Below are positions 41,879 to 57,720 of a stretch of DNA of 64,000 nt, in pieces. Within the stretch, counting starts at the first letter, position 1, and each line of letters begins with the position of its first letter. This DNA is from Eledone cirrhosa (Eukaryota): positions 30,256,001-30,320,000 of the forward strand of contig OZ024755.1 in NCBI GenBank assembly GCA_964016885.1, read 5' to 3'. Both the position numbers and the translations under genes were made by a program. The notes under the pieces are model-generated. The model was not told the DNA's origin. It saw nothing but the letters and a program-made list of their open reading frames with translations, and searched no databases.

Positions 41879-42152
41879 ATATATACATATATAAACATTT
41901 ATATATATATTTATATATATATATATATATTTATACATATATATATATATTATAAAAAATATGAAGAGGGTGTTTAACTCCAACACACTCTAGTATTTTA
42001 ATTCTTACATATATATATACACATATATATATATATATACACATATATATAGGAATATATATATATACACATATATATATATACACACACATATATATAT
42101 ATATATATACACACATATATATATACACACACACATATATATATACATGTAC

Positions 42153-42185
<33 letters not shown>

Positions 42186-42344
42186 CACGTATATATGCAC
42201 ACATATATACATATATATATATATACATGTATATATACATATATACACATATATATACACACATATATACATATATACTATATATATATATATATATATA
42301 CATATATATATACACATATATATATACACACATATATACATATA

Positions 42345-42397
<53 letters not shown>

Positions 42398-42438
42398 TAT
42401 ATACACATATATATATACACACATATATACATATATAC

Positions 42439-42479
<41 letters not shown>

Positions 42480-42481
42480 AC

Positions 42482-42513
<32 letters not shown>

Positions 42514-42646
42514 TATATACATTATATATTACTCTTTTACCTGCTCTGGGGCCATGCTGGGACACCATATACATATGTATGTATATATATATATATATAT
42601 AAAATAAATATATATATATATATAAATATAAATAAATAAATAAGTA

Positions 42647-42858
42647 AACATACATACATACATACATACATACATACATACATACATACATACATACATA
42701 CATACATACATACATACATACATACATACATACATACATACATACATACATACATACATACATACATACATACATACATACATACATACATACATACATA
42801 CATACATACATACATACATACATACATACATACATACATACATACATACATACATACA

Positions 42859-42887
<29 letters not shown>
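42647..42887. repeat. (CATA)n microsatellite
   Basis: Directly visible. Confidence 0.97.
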
Positions 42888-42889
<2 letters not shown>

Positions 42890-43355
42890 CAGTCAATGTT
42901 GCTGTTGTAGATTCCTTGTAGTTATTTATATTCCTCATTTGAGCCTGCATGTTTATTCATGACGTGATTTTGAACTTTTGTCATTACTGTCAGCTCTGCT
43001 TAATCCCAGAATAAATTCCGTGAGCTTTTGAAACTGAAACTTGACTTTACTTGAGCAGATTTGATTTAATATCAACCCTAATATAGAAATAATTTCGGTT
43101 ATTATGGCTGCAACACTTCGTTTTCGTTGTTATTATCGTTGGAGTCATTAAACATTCAGTTATTTGTGTTGTCGTTGTTGTGGCTGCTGTGACTGCTGTA
43201 GTTGTTACTGTTGTTGTAAAGTATTATTCTATCGATAAATTATTATTGATGCAGCGTTCTTATAATGTGTAGTTATATTTTGGCAGGAGGAAGGTTAGGT
43301 TATTGTTCTTTGCAATACATTGATGATGCGAACAGTGAAATATTATGTTATGTTA

Positions 43356-43535
43356 CCGTATTTCCCGGTGCCGAAGACGCTTCGTCCTCGAGGACGCACG
43401 TTAATTTTGACAACCAAAAATTTGAAAAAAATATATATATATATTAATAAACAACCTTCGGCCTCCAGGGCGCATGGTAGAATTTTGAGACTTATTTTAG
43501 GAAGAAAGTAGCGTCTTCGACGCCGGGAAACATGG
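43356..43535. mobile_element. Tc1/mariner-type MITE
   Basis: TA-CCGTATTTCCCGG...CCGGGAAACATGG-TA. Confidence 0.85.
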
Positions 43536-45427
43536 TATGTTATGTTTTTGTTATGTTATATATGTATGCATGCATAAATGTATGTATATATGTATGCATC
43601 ACATGGTCGGGTCGTCGGCGACTGAACCGGCATCCCCACCAAGCTTGCTTGATGAGGAGGGTGATATTTTGACACCCTGCGGGATGAAATACAAGACGCC
43701 GCAAAGGGCAGAGGAACGTCGCAGACTCAACGGCCATCCAAATAGTCCTTTTTTCTTCTTTTTTTACCTGGGAGTGAAAGGCCTCCAGTTGTAGAATCTT
43801 CGTCAAAACACCTTGTTGAATTTAGTTACGACCCATTAGGTTTCTGAATTCAAATGCCAGTGAATGTCGACTTTAACATTTAAACCTCTACGTTTGATAA
43901 AAATGTAACAGTAATGATTGATTTGAGATATAATTGGCTACTAGTACCAGTATGTCAAGTACCGAGAGAAAGATTAATTCGTTTGCGCTTTTTCTGCTGA
44001 TCTTTATTACATCTGTCGGTTTTCTTTTCTTTTATATCTCACCTACCAATTAAGCGCTTTCAACCTGAAAGCATCACTGACCTGAGGTCATTCAAGAGTA
44101 GACGATTCTTTAGCTCTTATATTACAAAGAACATTATCTAACAGCATATTATCTTGTTAATATATTAACGTGTTCAAATCTATTTTAATATCCTCCTTTT
44201 TTCTATTGATTCTTGTCGATAGTTTCATTCTAATTTCATTCAAGATGGCAATTTAATAACTGCAGTTGTTTCATATTCTTATAATAAAATACGATACGAT
44301 TGTGTATATAAACATCCATGATCTCCACTGTGTATATCCAGCAATTTAAGGTCTTAGAGATTGATACGATAGGGATTTGGTCGATATTTTCATCCAGTTT
44401 AATATGTGAAGGCGAATGGCTTAGTGGTTAGAGCATTGGTTTTGCAATCGAAAGGTTTGCAATCAAAAGGACCGGGTGATGTGATGTGTCCTTGAGCAAA
44501 ATACTTTATTTTTCACGTTGCTCCAGTTTACTCAGCTGTAGAAATGAGCTGCGATCCTGCCAAATCAATGAGTGGCAGTAGTTCCAGCTGCACGCATCAA
44601 AAGATTGGTGTAGTGGTTTTGAGAACAATGCGGCTTTGCAGATGATCAATGCAAATTGACAATGGAAAGGCGCTCTCGCTCGAGTTAGAAGAGAACTACT
44701 GACTTTCAGGAGAAGCAGCGACCCCCTGATTGTATTCAGCAACCGAAACAAATATGAAGTACACCAAATCTAATGCTCCTAGGGGTGGCTCTGGTTCTTC
44801 TTATTTGCGAGTGTAAACTCGGCCAGATTAGATTAGATTAGATTTAATCCAGTGCAGATCAAATATCTATAAAAACACTCTATTACCTTTCCTTTGATTA
44901 CAATATTGCATTGAATCAGTGCAAAATCTTGATATTTTTAACAAGAAAAAGCAGCCAGTGTCACTAAGATTAGAATGTGTTTGTTGAGACACGACTTCTT
45001 AGCATGATTGATCATTTACATCTATTTTTGCTTTCTTAATCACTCAGCTCTCAACCCCCCTCTTACCCCCTTTGTTTATCGGTTCCTCTCCCTCATTATC
45101 TCCCCTTGCTGTCTCTCCCCATCGCTCTCTCTATAGAAACCACACTTATGTTTAAAATGCAGAACATAAGAGTTGGTTTAAACTTCAATGCTCTCATAAT
45201 TCGCATAACTTGCTTTTAAGGAGGTTTGCTCTTCAATTTATTTTTAAAAATCTGTAATTATTCCCCAATCACCTATAGCTTGAATATATATATATATATA
45301 CATACATACATACATATATATATATATACATACATACATATATATATATATACATACATACATATATATATAGATACATATATACATACATATATATATA
45401 TGTATATATAATGTATATATATATATG

Positions 45428-45461
<34 letters not shown>

Positions 45462-45509
45462 TGTAAATATATATATGTATATATATATATATATATGTAA
45501 ATATATATA

Positions 45510-45542
<33 letters not shown>

Positions 45543-45567
45543 ATATGTAAATATATATATATATATG

Positions 45568-45616
<49 letters not shown>

Positions 45617-45741
45617 CGAAGGAAGTGAGGTAAGGAACCAGATGGACCATAACGCACCAGAGTACTCGATACTTTGGGTAGTAGAGTGGGTAATAGCCGT
45701 CGAAACAGCTTGAGCTCTGCCGTTGGGGTCCTGAACCTTTT

Positions 45742-45806
<65 letters not shown>

Positions 45807-45928
45807 AACAATTAAAATTTTGAAAATTAAGAAACAAACAACAAATAACTATAATTCAGGCTATAAAGGAAATAATAAAGAGTTGAAGAAACACTTAATG
45901 GTTTTATATATATCCATGTTACAGCCCT

Positions 45929-45994
<66 letters not shown>

Positions 45995-46683
45995 ATTATA
46001 AGTTACAGCTCTTCCAATTCTAATTTTAAAGGTTACAGTTGTGCTGCGGCTCTTTTGTCTGTTCAGTATGCATGCTTTGTTCTACACACACACACACATA
46101 TGTATGTATACATACATATATAACTGCATATGGACACACACATATATACATGTATATATATATACACATATATATATGCACATATACATGCGTATATATG
46201 CATATATATATACATATATATATATACATATATACATACATATATATATATATACATATATAAATGCATATATATATACATATATATATACATATATAAA
46301 TAAATAGATATAAATACACGCATATATATATATATACATGCATATATATGCATATATATATACATGATAATATGTATACATATATATATACATATATATT
46401 TATACATGCATATATATACATATATATAAATAAATAGATATAAATACACGCATATATATAGATATATACATGCATATATATACATATATATACATGATAA
46501 TATGTATACATATATATATACATATATATATATATACATGCATATATATACATATATATATATGATAATATGTATACATATATATATACATGTATATATA
46601 CATACGTATATATATATACATATATATATACGTATATATATATATACATATATATATACATACGTATATATACATACGTATAT

Positions 46684-46726
<43 letters not shown>

Positions 46727-46758
46727 CATACATACGTACATACACACAAACACACACA

Positions 46759-46856
<98 letters not shown>

Positions 46857-48507
46857 CAATTTGATTGATTGGTCAAACCACATAGCTCCGCCCTGTGAGA
46901 AGTAGATTATTTCTATGCAATGCAAGTCAATTTAGAATGTCATATAGCTTTGTTTTCCTTCTTTATTTATTTTAGTAGAAAAATAATATAAACATCTAAT
47001 GTTTTATTATTCCTTCTCATTCCAAGTCACCATTTTTACTCGAAGAGGAGAGAATTGTTGTCAGAGTGTAGTTGTCAGTCAAAATTTCAGCACGAAAGGC
47101 ACGAAAAAACACGCATGCGCAAGCACACAAACACAGACAGACACATAACCACACATACATATAATATGACACATGTACACATCATGTTTTATACACCATA
47201 GGCAGGAAAAAAACACGTATGCGCTAGCACACAGAAACACAAACATACACATAATCACACAAACATACTCACACATTATGCATTAAAGACCACAGCCATG
47301 AAAAGACACGCATGCGCAAGCCCACACATATTATACATTATACAATAGATATGTACAGCAAAGCATGAATAATGATTTCAGATTTAGTTCTTGAGAAGGA
47401 AACATCGTATAATAGGGTCTAATAGGGCCTAATAATTGTTTCTACTTTTGGCACAAGGCCAGCAATTATCCCAGTGCATTACTGGTACTTTATTTTATCG
47501 ACCCCGTAAGGATGAAAGGCAAAGTTAACCTCGGCGGGATTTGAACTCAGAATCAGAATGCAAGGGCCGTAACTCCATGCATCAAAGCAAGGCGTCCGAC
47601 CCTCTACCGATACTGCCAACTAATAATAAGGGTTTGCTATGTCACTCATATTCATCAATAACATCACAGATTGGGATGAAAAAATATTCTGAAATCAATT
47701 AATCAATTAATAAATTAATAAATTGATTATTTAATTAATTAATTATCTAATTGTCTGATACAACTCAAGTGAAACACGAGTGTATGCTCGTGATGCATAT
47801 GCGAACGCGCGCGTGTGTGTGTGTATGTGTGTATGCGCCTGTGTGCATATGTGTACGCGAATGTGTGCATATTTGTATGTGTGTGCTTATGTGTACGCGC
47901 GTGTGTGTATATATTTGTACACACGTGTGTGTACGCGCGTGTGCATATGTGTACGTGATTGTGTACATGTGTGTACGCACGCGTGTGCATGTCTACACAC
48001 GTGTGTGCATATGTGTACGTGCGTGTGTGCATATGTGTATGCGCGTGTGTACATATGTGTACGCAAGTATGTGCATATGTGTAGGCGCGTGTGTGAGTAT
48101 ATTTGTACGTGCGTGTTTATCATCCACTTGGCCGATCCTTTTCAACCCTGAAGCCACAAATCCTAAGAAATAGGCTATGTTAGTGCTACTGCTAACTAAT
48201 CTTAGTCGATCAAGTTGGTATTATATGCAAAGGGACAACTCCAGCTGGTGTTTCATACGTGAAAATTATATCAACTTTAGTTGATTCCTCTGTCAGTACC
48301 GAGTGAATAAATGTCACTGACGACGGATAACAAATCAGAAATACGTGGATGAGATACTGAGCAGCAACGGATGTAGCTGTTACATGATCACATCTTTAAA
48401 TATTCATAGCAAGACTTTTGTGTGCTTACTGTAAATAAACGCATCATATATTCTTTCATATACACCTCTATTGTGAGCCACGAAAAGTTAGTGTTACTGC
48501 TAGTATA

Positions 48508-48636
<129 letters not shown>

Positions 48637-48723
48637 ATAACACACCCAGGAGCTGGGCATATCGATGAATTAACAGGGTAGAATTCATTACATGTTTTCC
48701 TGTTTTTTCTGCCTAAATTCTTA

Positions 48724-48776
48724 CTGCCTGATGAGGCCACAGCCAATAATGGCTGTCATTGAAATATGTATAGCAG
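48724..48776 (+). ncRNA. Type I hammerhead motif
   Basis: CTGC-CTGATGA-..ACAGCCA ATAA TGGCTGT..-GAAA TA TG T-ATA^GCAG. Confidence 0.65.
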
Positions 48777-49766
48777 CGAATTAGAATAAAGGAAGCCAAC
48801 TTTAAGATGTTTGACTTTAACTTATTATATTATATTATACAATTGAATATATGAGAGGGATGAACACCGATACAAGTATACATGTGTTTGAATTGCAAAT
48901 GACCAAGTTAGCCAGGTTGAAAAATACTAATTTAGAACAATATGGCTTACCTGTCTCGATTTAAAGTAATAAATCAATTTTAAAAAAAAACATATATTGG
49001 GCAATCGCCGTTTAGCGGCACGAGTATGAGACGCGCTGGGCGCTGTAACATGTGCGTTTACCAACACATACTTCAGTCTCCTTAGATCTTTTGAAGTGAA
49101 AGGTACGAATTTCCTGGATACCCGCAGAAGAGCACAGGAATGGTGACTTTCACTTAATAATTTAGTAAACAGCTTCGAGTACCATATTCAAGAGAATAAT
49201 TCCAGCATCTGAAATATAAAATAATCGAAGATTGTGTGATGAAATCTCTATGTGTGGGCTAGTGTCAAAATTGCTCAACAACTGTCCATTGATTTCCAAC
49301 TCAATTATTTCGCTTTATCAGTAGAACGTTTTAAAATAAAGAGGGATTGATAATTCACCCGACCCATGTTTGTCTTATATTTAATTGAAAGCAAATATCA
49401 TTTCTTTAAATGATATTCAGCATTTGGTTTTGATAGTTTTAAATATGTGGGATATTTTACACAACTTATAAATTATTTATATTTAATTAACCACCATGAA
49501 TACGAGGATTTATGGATAGAATATTTAGTGTGGGGAAGAATACTAAAGAAAAACACAAAACTTATGTCAACCTTAATTTTCAGAAAAGTTCTGAAATTCT
49601 TTCCTCATTAAGATTGATCGGATTCTGACCAGGCTCGAGACATCTTTCAGACGTTGTAGGGATCTCCAGGAACAGGTGCATTATTCTAGTTTAAACTCCC
49701 CGCAACAAGTATGTGTGAAGAGTACTTTAACAGGGATCTTACATTCTCGAAAGCGACATGCAGCCT

Positions 49767-49853
<87 letters not shown>

Positions 49854-50501
49854 CAGAGGCTGTGTTGTTGCTGGATAAAGTGCATTTATAAATAAGAAGA
49901 AAGCACGAACGGGGGATAATTTCCCTTCATCAGTTTTCCTCAATAACTTTCTTTAGTTATTGACGCACTGGGGCTAGGCATCTTGTCTTTAATGTGTAGA
50001 AATGTCCATCATCTCCAGAAGACAACTGATGAAGGGAAAGCACCCCCCGTCCGTGCTTTCCTCTTATATATATATATCACAGAAAAAAAAGAGAATCAGT
50101 GTTTCGACGAATGGAATTTATTGGACATATTACAAATCGTCGCAACACTGATTCTCTTTTTTTCTGTGATATCATACTCTGCTCTATGAGAACATCGAGT
50201 GCTCATACTGCCTACCGCATACAGACGCTTTAAGAATCCAACACCAATTATATATATGTATATATATATAATTGTTTCTACTCTTGGCACAAGGTCACAA
50301 ATACCCAGTGTATTACTGGTACTTTATTTTATCAACTCCATAAGGATGAAAGGCAAAGTTAACCTCGGGGGGATTTGAACTCAGAATGGCAAAGGCCGTA
50401 ACTCTATACGTCAAAGCACAGCGTCCGACCCTCTACCGATACTGCCAATCCACCGCCCTTATATATATATAATGGCAGCATCTCAGTTTCTGTCACATCA
50501 C

Positions 50502-50590
50502 CAGTCTGAAGAGCAAATAGATTAATGGACTCGGGTACATAACTGCTCTGGGTGATCTTGAGCCAATCCCCTGCGAAACGCGCATAACTG
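50502..50590 (+). ncRNA. Hammerhead motif with long stem II
   Basis: CAGT-CTGAAGA-GCA...TGC-GAAAC GCGC ATA^ACTG (GTA>ATA probably CpG decay). Confidence 0.55.
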
Positions 50591-50699
50591 TTCGATATAC
50601 AATAAATACCTTGTACATGTAAATGAAATTTCTTCGTTTTTTATAATATATATATACATACAATACAATACAATACAATAGGAGAGAACATGATAATAG

Positions 50700-50743
50700 T
50701 ACCACTGATGATGTTGCAGATGTGCAACGAAAGAACTTTGATA
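50700..50743 (+). ncRNA. Minimal hammerhead motif
   Basis: TACCA-CTGATGA-T GTTGCA GATG TGCAAC-GAAAG AA CTT^TGATA. Confidence 0.55.
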
Positions 50744-50911
50744 GACTATATATATATATGTTTATATCTGTATTTTTAACCGTTGGTCAATCAATGATAA
50801 ACTTTGATTGCCAAATAAATTAACTATGAGATATAAAAGATACAGAAGCGAAAACCAACCAAACAGTGAGAGTGTTCGGTTATTATTTCTGGCAATATTA
50901 TTACAACAATA

Positions 50912-51305
50912 TGACCCTCCCCAAGAAACACACTCAGATGGTGGATGGGTGCTACACGAGAATGCTGAGGATGGCTCTGAACATTAATCAGTATGCACTG
51001 AGGATGAAAAACTCAGAGCTGGACGGGAGCCTCCCAAAAGTCAGTTCAAAAGTGACACAGAGGAGATTGAGGTTAGCTGGACATGCTCACCGACATCCAG
51101 AGTTGACACTGCACTCAGTGCTCCTGTGGGAGCCCCTGCATGGACACACTGGTAGAGGAAGACCGAGGTTAACATATGTTGATGCCCTAAGGGCAGACAC
51201 TGGTCTGTTGGAGACGCAGGACACGGCAGCGATAATGAGGGATAGAGACCGCTGGAGAGAACTCGTCCATGGATCTCGGGAATTTTACCCACCCTAGATA
51301 GATAG
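50912..51305 (+). mobile_element. RTE-clade LINE 3' fragment
   Basis: DGCYTRMLRMALNI...RRLRLAGHAHRHPE...LLWEP...GRGRPRLTYVD...DRDRWR; TAGA tail. Confidence 0.9.
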
Positions 51306-51466
51306 CTATAATGGCTGCATCTCGGTTTCGAGAACTGCCATCTCTTGAAGATTTGTCAAACAAGGATGGAATGAACATGACATGTTAACCATGGCAACGA
51401 CATAGATTCCTCTCTGCACATGCTGCAGCGAAAGGGAACAGAAAAAGCCATGCTCACGCAATGCCC

Positions 51467-51527
<61 letters not shown>

Positions 51528-51756
51528 AGACGGCAGTAGTGGTGGTGGATATAGTAGTAGCAGTAGTGATAGTAGTAGTAGAGGCGGCAGTAGTGGTGGT
51601 TGATATAGTAGTAGCAGTAGTGATAGTAGTAGTAGAGGCGGCAGTAGTGGTGGTGGATATAGTAGTAGCAGTGTAACGGTAGTAGTAGTAGTAATAATAG
51701 TAGTCATAGTAGTAGAGACGGCAGTAGTGGTGGTGGATATAGTAGTAGCAGTGTAA

Positions 51757-51789
<33 letters not shown>

Positions 51790-51830
51790 AGATGGCAGTA
51801 GTGGTGGTGGATATAGTAGTAGCAGTGTAA

Positions 51831-51887
<57 letters not shown>

Positions 51888-51911
51888 AGATGGCAGTAGT
51901 GGTGGTGGATA

Positions 51912-51961
<50 letters not shown>

Positions 51962-52018
51962 CTACTACTACTATCACCACTGCTACTACTATCACCACCA
52001 CCACCACCACTATTGCCG

Positions 52019-52069
<51 letters not shown>

Positions 52070-52080
52070 TTATTACTACA
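51467..52080. repeat. Compound (GTA)n minisatellite switching to (CTA)n at about 51960
   Basis: Directly visible. Confidence 0.95.
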
Positions 52081-52707
52081 AGAGTTTCTTCATGTTCTTT
52101 TCGGAACATTGTCAAGAAATTCTTATGAATGTGTAGCTGTAGGTAGATGAGTTTTACTGAAGTGTTCAATTATTTCATTCCAATGATAACATGGTTGCCA
52201 GTAAGTCACATTATCACTTCAAAGTTGCCAGTCCAAAGTCCAGAATTCTGACAGATAAAAAGATATCTTCTAATAGATGTGTAGAGCACGAAACCTATTA
52301 TATATACTATTATATATAATAGCAGAAAAACCGCCCTTCGTGTGGTTTTCTGTTAGCGTGTGTAGTGTGTATATTGATATATACATGTAGATATGATACA
52401 TCAAATAAAATCGTAATTGACAATATATAATACATAGAAATTGAGCGAAGACTGCGTTACACTGTCTTATCTAATCAGTAACGTAATCCATGATACATTT
52501 AAAAAAGACGATATTATATATAAACTGCATTAGGAGAAAATTAGTGATAGAAAATTAGTATGTTTATTTAAGCGATGGCCAACCGGAAGTGTTTTAGAAA
52601 TTTTAAAGAAGTGAATCTTTAAATAAACAAAATATATTTAATCAACAGCCACGAAATTTAGTAGATAAACATGTATATGTGTTTATTTAGTGTATGTATG
52701 TAAGTAC

Positions 52708-52801
<94 letters not shown>

Positions 52802-52903
52802 AACAATGAGTTAGAGATTTTGATGATATGTAATCAACAGAATTATGTTCATAACAGATACGATGCTCTCGACAGTGAACTTTTATCTGGAGTATTATGA
52901 TAA

Positions 52904-53387
52904 TCTAAACTATAATAAAGTAAGGAGCGCGGGTCTGCGTACGGTTTTTATCCCATTAGTAAAATAAGTTGGATTACTTTGAATAAATAATGAATCAATA
53001 TTACATAATTTATCTACTAAATTTCGTGGCTGTTGATTAAATATATTTTGTTTATTTAAGGATTCACTTCTTTAAAATGTCTGAAATGTGAACACTTCCG
53101 GTTGGCCATCCCTTAAATAAACATATTAATTTTCTGTCACTAATTTTCTCCTAATGCAGTTTATATATAATATCGTCTTTTTTAATGCATCATGGATTAC
53201 ATTACTGATTACACAAGACAGTGTAACACAGTCTTCGCTCAATTTCTATGTATTATATATTGTCAAACACGATTTTATTTGATGTATCATATCTACATGT
53301 ATATATATATATATACCTGCGTATAATATCAATATACACACTACACATGCTAGCAGAAAAACACCCGAAGAGTGGTTTTTCTGCTAG
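52904..53387 (+). mobile_element. Non-autonomous Helitron
   Basis: A|TCTAAACTATAATAAAG ... GCAGAAAA..TTTTCTG hairpin ending CTAG|T; inverted truncated copy at 52319-52668; fragment at about 32395-32835. Confidence 0.7.
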
Positions 53388-53430
53388 TAATGGTAATAAA
53401 CGAAATATATAACACTATAGCGTCATTATT

Positions 53431-53490
53431 TATTTCATTATATACATTTCTGGGATGCTAAATTATAGCATGCCTTCTTCAGACAAAATA
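53431..53490 (-). ncRNA. Hammerhead motif
   Basis: Minus: TATTTTGT-CTGAAGA-A GG C ATGCTA TAATT TAGCAT C CC A-GAAA TG TA T-ATA^ATGAAATA. Confidence 0.65.
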
Positions 53491-53621
53491 CAATATTAGA
53501 TGTATAAAATGTTATATAACATACTCATAAAAGTGACCGTATCCGATCCATTTTAAATGGGTATCGATTTAAAATGGATCGGATTTATATAATCATGCTA
53601 TGGTGCTATATCTTTCGTTTA

Positions 53622-53625
53622 TTAC

Positions 53626-53660
<35 letters not shown>

Positions 53661-53930
53661 CTTGAATCTCAGTCATTGATGTTAGTTAACTGGAAAGTCC
53701 GTTGGAATGAATATCAAGCCACTACCTGCAGCCTCAGATATTGAGGACGTATCGGAGGGTTCTTGCTGTTCCCAGCAAGCATGCCTTTTGAAGCGTTCCA
53801 AAAAGCGTGAAGGGGCCGATTTTCTTTAACCATCCCTGTAAACTTTTGGAGATAGTCCCCTGTGCGCCTATGACAATCGGGATCACTTTGACTTCATGGC
53901 AGTTCCAAATCCTTTTTACCTCCCACTTTA
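53622..53930 (-). mobile_element. R4/Dong-like (RLE) LINE 3' fragment with (TAA)n tail
   Basis: EVKRIWNCHEVKVIPIVIGAQGTISK...LQKACLLGTARTLRYVL. Confidence 0.8.
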
Positions 53931-54989
53931 ATATTATTATTATTATATATACTAGACAATGAACTACGCTGGAAATTGATACTTTGAACGTAATGAGGAA
54001 GACCATTGGCCAGAAAATCAAACAATTTTTTTCTAATTTTTAATAATTACAGCAGCTGACCCTAATGTTGGGGGTCAGGGTCAAGGTCAAACAAAACAAA
54101 AAGAAATAAACAGGAGTTCTATCGGGAAAAATGGTGACATCAACAAAATAAAAACACATTGATAAATAGATAAGAATACACAGCAATAAATATATATAAG
54201 TCCAATATACAAACAAGCTAACATCTTCCTAAAAGAAGGCAACCACATTACATAATTCAGAACACACAGAATCCACCCAACCAAGGGTTACCCAGACAAG
54301 CTGAAGCCATATTCTTTCTCGGACCTTTTACCGCCTCTTTTAATCCCGTGAAGGCGTGTGGCTGAGTCGTTAGAGAATTGGATTCACAATCTTGAGATTG
54401 TGAGTTCGATTCCTGGACCGGGCGATGCGTTATGTCCTTGATCAAGACACTTTATTTTCACGTTGCTCCTTCTACCTGGAGTTGCGACCGATAGATAGTA
54501 TTAGCAACTGGAAAGACCGACGAAAACATTGTTTCCTCGGTCCGATTTGACGAAAGTCGATCGATCCTTTAATCCCGTCAATTTCCAGACACTGAACGAA
54601 TATGCGTGATGAGTGATTTCCTGTGATTGCCACCCACGTTCGATTGCTGACAATTCTGATACGGTCATGTGTGTAGAGTTTTAACACCCCCTTTCCCTAA
54701 ATAAATCTCTCTACAGCACTAACTAACAAAGAATCACCCGCAACATGAAGGTTCACCAGGAGTGACTACTCGTCGACGTCCAAATCATTCCCAAATCATT
54801 GTCAGTCATATCCTATACCCAAATATTTAATGAAGCAGATTCGATTTTGTCATATTGTAAATATATCGTTATTGGCACAACCCAAGGTACCGTGAAAGAT
54901 ATGAAGGTCATATATTAAAGTTGAATACAATATAATACTTATATATATATATGAATCACTACCTCCCTACGGACAACTGACGCACACCA

Positions 54990-55310
54990 GGTCCGAACAC
55001 AGAAGAGCCGAACTCCCACTGTCATCCCCTCCAACTCCGCGCTATCTATCCCCATCTCTCTCAAATGGGGTGCCTCGAGCAAATGGGGTGCCTCGTGATG
55101 GCCTCCCCACGGCCCCGGCGTACAGAATGGCGAAGGTGTTTTCCCGGGAGGATGGTAAGGGAGATGCGCTGAAAGAGCCATTCTATCTCGCGAGGCTCAC
55201 ACCTGCGGCTAGCCAGTTCAGCACCTATTGTGGTGAGTGGGGAGGTGGCACTAGGGTCAAGGACACCAGAAGTGTCCACTGCTAGGGGTTCGACTGAAAA
55301 TCTGTCGGAG
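54990..55310 (-). mobile_element. CRE-like (RLE) non-LTR retrotransposon 3' fragment
   Basis: FSVEPLAVDTSGVLDPSATS...EPREIEWLFQRISL resembles the CRE C-terminus. Confidence 0.75.
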
Positions 55311-56405
55311 AGTGATGATTGTGAAAGTTGTCTTTCCACCGAACACATGGTACAACTGGTAATGAGAAAGAAAATGGATTACAGCAACCCAGTATTTGAC
55401 AAAACTTTGTTAGTATTGTATTTTATGGATACTGAATTTTAATGTCGGAATTTAGCTGTACAACACGTAACACCGGAATGAATAATGGAAAGTGTTCTCG
55501 CCGAAGCTCTTACGATTCTGCTAATTCAAAGACCTTAATAGTAATATTAGTAAAATAATTGTTTCTACTTTTGGCAAAAGACCAGCGATTACTCAGTGTA
55601 TTACTGGTACTTTATTTTAGCGACCCCGTAAGGTTGAAAGGCAAAGTTAACCTCGGCGGGATTTGAACTCATATCATAAAGGGACGTAACTCTATTCTTC
55701 AAAGCATTTAATAAAATAATAATAATTAATACTGATACTAATAATAGTTTGAATTGGTTCAAATCCCGCCGAGGTTGACTTTGCCTTTAATCCTTACGGG
55801 GTCGATAAAATAAAGTACCAGTAACGTACTGGGTAATTGCTGGCCTTGTGCCTAAAGTAGAAACAATTATTTAATTGAGATATGAATTTATGATGTAATA
55901 TCAAAAAGAAAAGACTGTGTCTAGAGTTGGAAGAGACAGATTATTGAAATTTTAGCTTCCTTCCAGATTCTTCTCACAGACAGTGCCAGAAACAGAAAAT
56001 AATTAGTGAGAACTCCTTTGGCATAAGTTGTTTTTCAGTTTTATACCTTCACCACCCCATGCTATATTTCAAATTGTGCTTTGATATAACTGACGAGGAG
56101 AAGAATATGAAATATCAAACGAAGAAAGCAAGAAATATGTAGGAATAGCGCAAATAAAAATAATGATAATAATAATAAATAAAAATGAATAGAGAAATTG
56201 AAACAAGAAAAACAACAATAGCAACTATAACGCAAATAATACAAAATGGACGCTTGTTTGCGACGACATATTTCTTTGGAGTTTGAAGAAGAACTGATGC
56301 AGTTGCTGGCATTGGAAAGGATATATGAACGCGAGAGAACAGACAAACAGCCATTACTGCTACATATATATGTTTCAATATCTCCACCCCCCTCTCTCTC
56401 TCTCT

Positions 56406-56469
<64 letters not shown>

Positions 56470-56472
56470 CTT

Positions 56473-56505
<33 letters not shown>

Positions 56506-56565
56506 TATGCATATATATGTGTGTGTGTGTATATATATATATATGTAATATATATATATACAAAA

Positions 56566-56596
<31 letters not shown>

Positions 56597-56661
56597 CAAA
56601 ATATATATTATATATATATATATATAATGTGTGTATACAAAATATATGTATAATATATGTC

Positions 56662-56714
<53 letters not shown>

Positions 56715-56739
56715 ATATAATATATGTATAATATATATC

Positions 56740-56795
<56 letters not shown>

Positions 56796-57045
56796 ATGTA
56801 TATGTACAATATAAATATATAATATATATGCATATATATATATATATATACAATATATATATAATATATATGCATATATATATATATATATATACATATA
56901 TATGAGATATGTATGTATATATATGCATATATATATGTTATATATATGATATATATATATATATATATTATATGTATATCTAATATGTATGTATACATAT
57001 ATATATATGAGATATATATGTATATATATATGCATATATATATGT

Positions 57046-57114
<69 letters not shown>

Positions 57115-57415
57115 ATATATATATATATATGTATATATACAATATATATATATATATATTATATGTATATCTAATATGTATGTATACATATATATATGAG
57201 ATATATATGTATATGTCTGTGTGTGATATCTGAGTGCTGTGAGACTTGATATTGGTCTATTTTGCCAGATCATTTATCAACAGTCTGCTATAACTTCGGA
57301 TAATAAAAACCAAATTAACTTTTGATTTTTTTCTTCGGCAAAAAATAAATAACAGATGACAATATATATATATATCATTATACGAGTGTAGAAATCATTT
57401 GACAATATGTCTCTA

Positions 57416-57456
<41 letters not shown>

Positions 57457-57480
57457 TATATTACAACACAACAGAAAATA

Positions 57481-57544
<64 letters not shown>

Positions 57545-57720
57545 ATACTTTGGGAGGGTCATGTTGCCAATAAGAAACACACGCACCAGTTGCTTTCACT
57601 TCAATTTATTATATATTTATAAATTTATAAATTAAATTAAATTTATAAATTTACAAATCTACAAACTTATAAATTTCTGGTTGGTTGGTTGGTTCCACAA
57701 CCAGATAGTTGTTTATATAT

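Noticed and set aside
48312-48356. CTGACGA...GAAA hammerhead candidate
   Set aside because: No convincing NUH site or stem I partner
50021-50065. CTGATGA motifs at about 50027 and 58365
   Set aside because: No properly placed GAAA/stem III downstream; possibly truncated remnants
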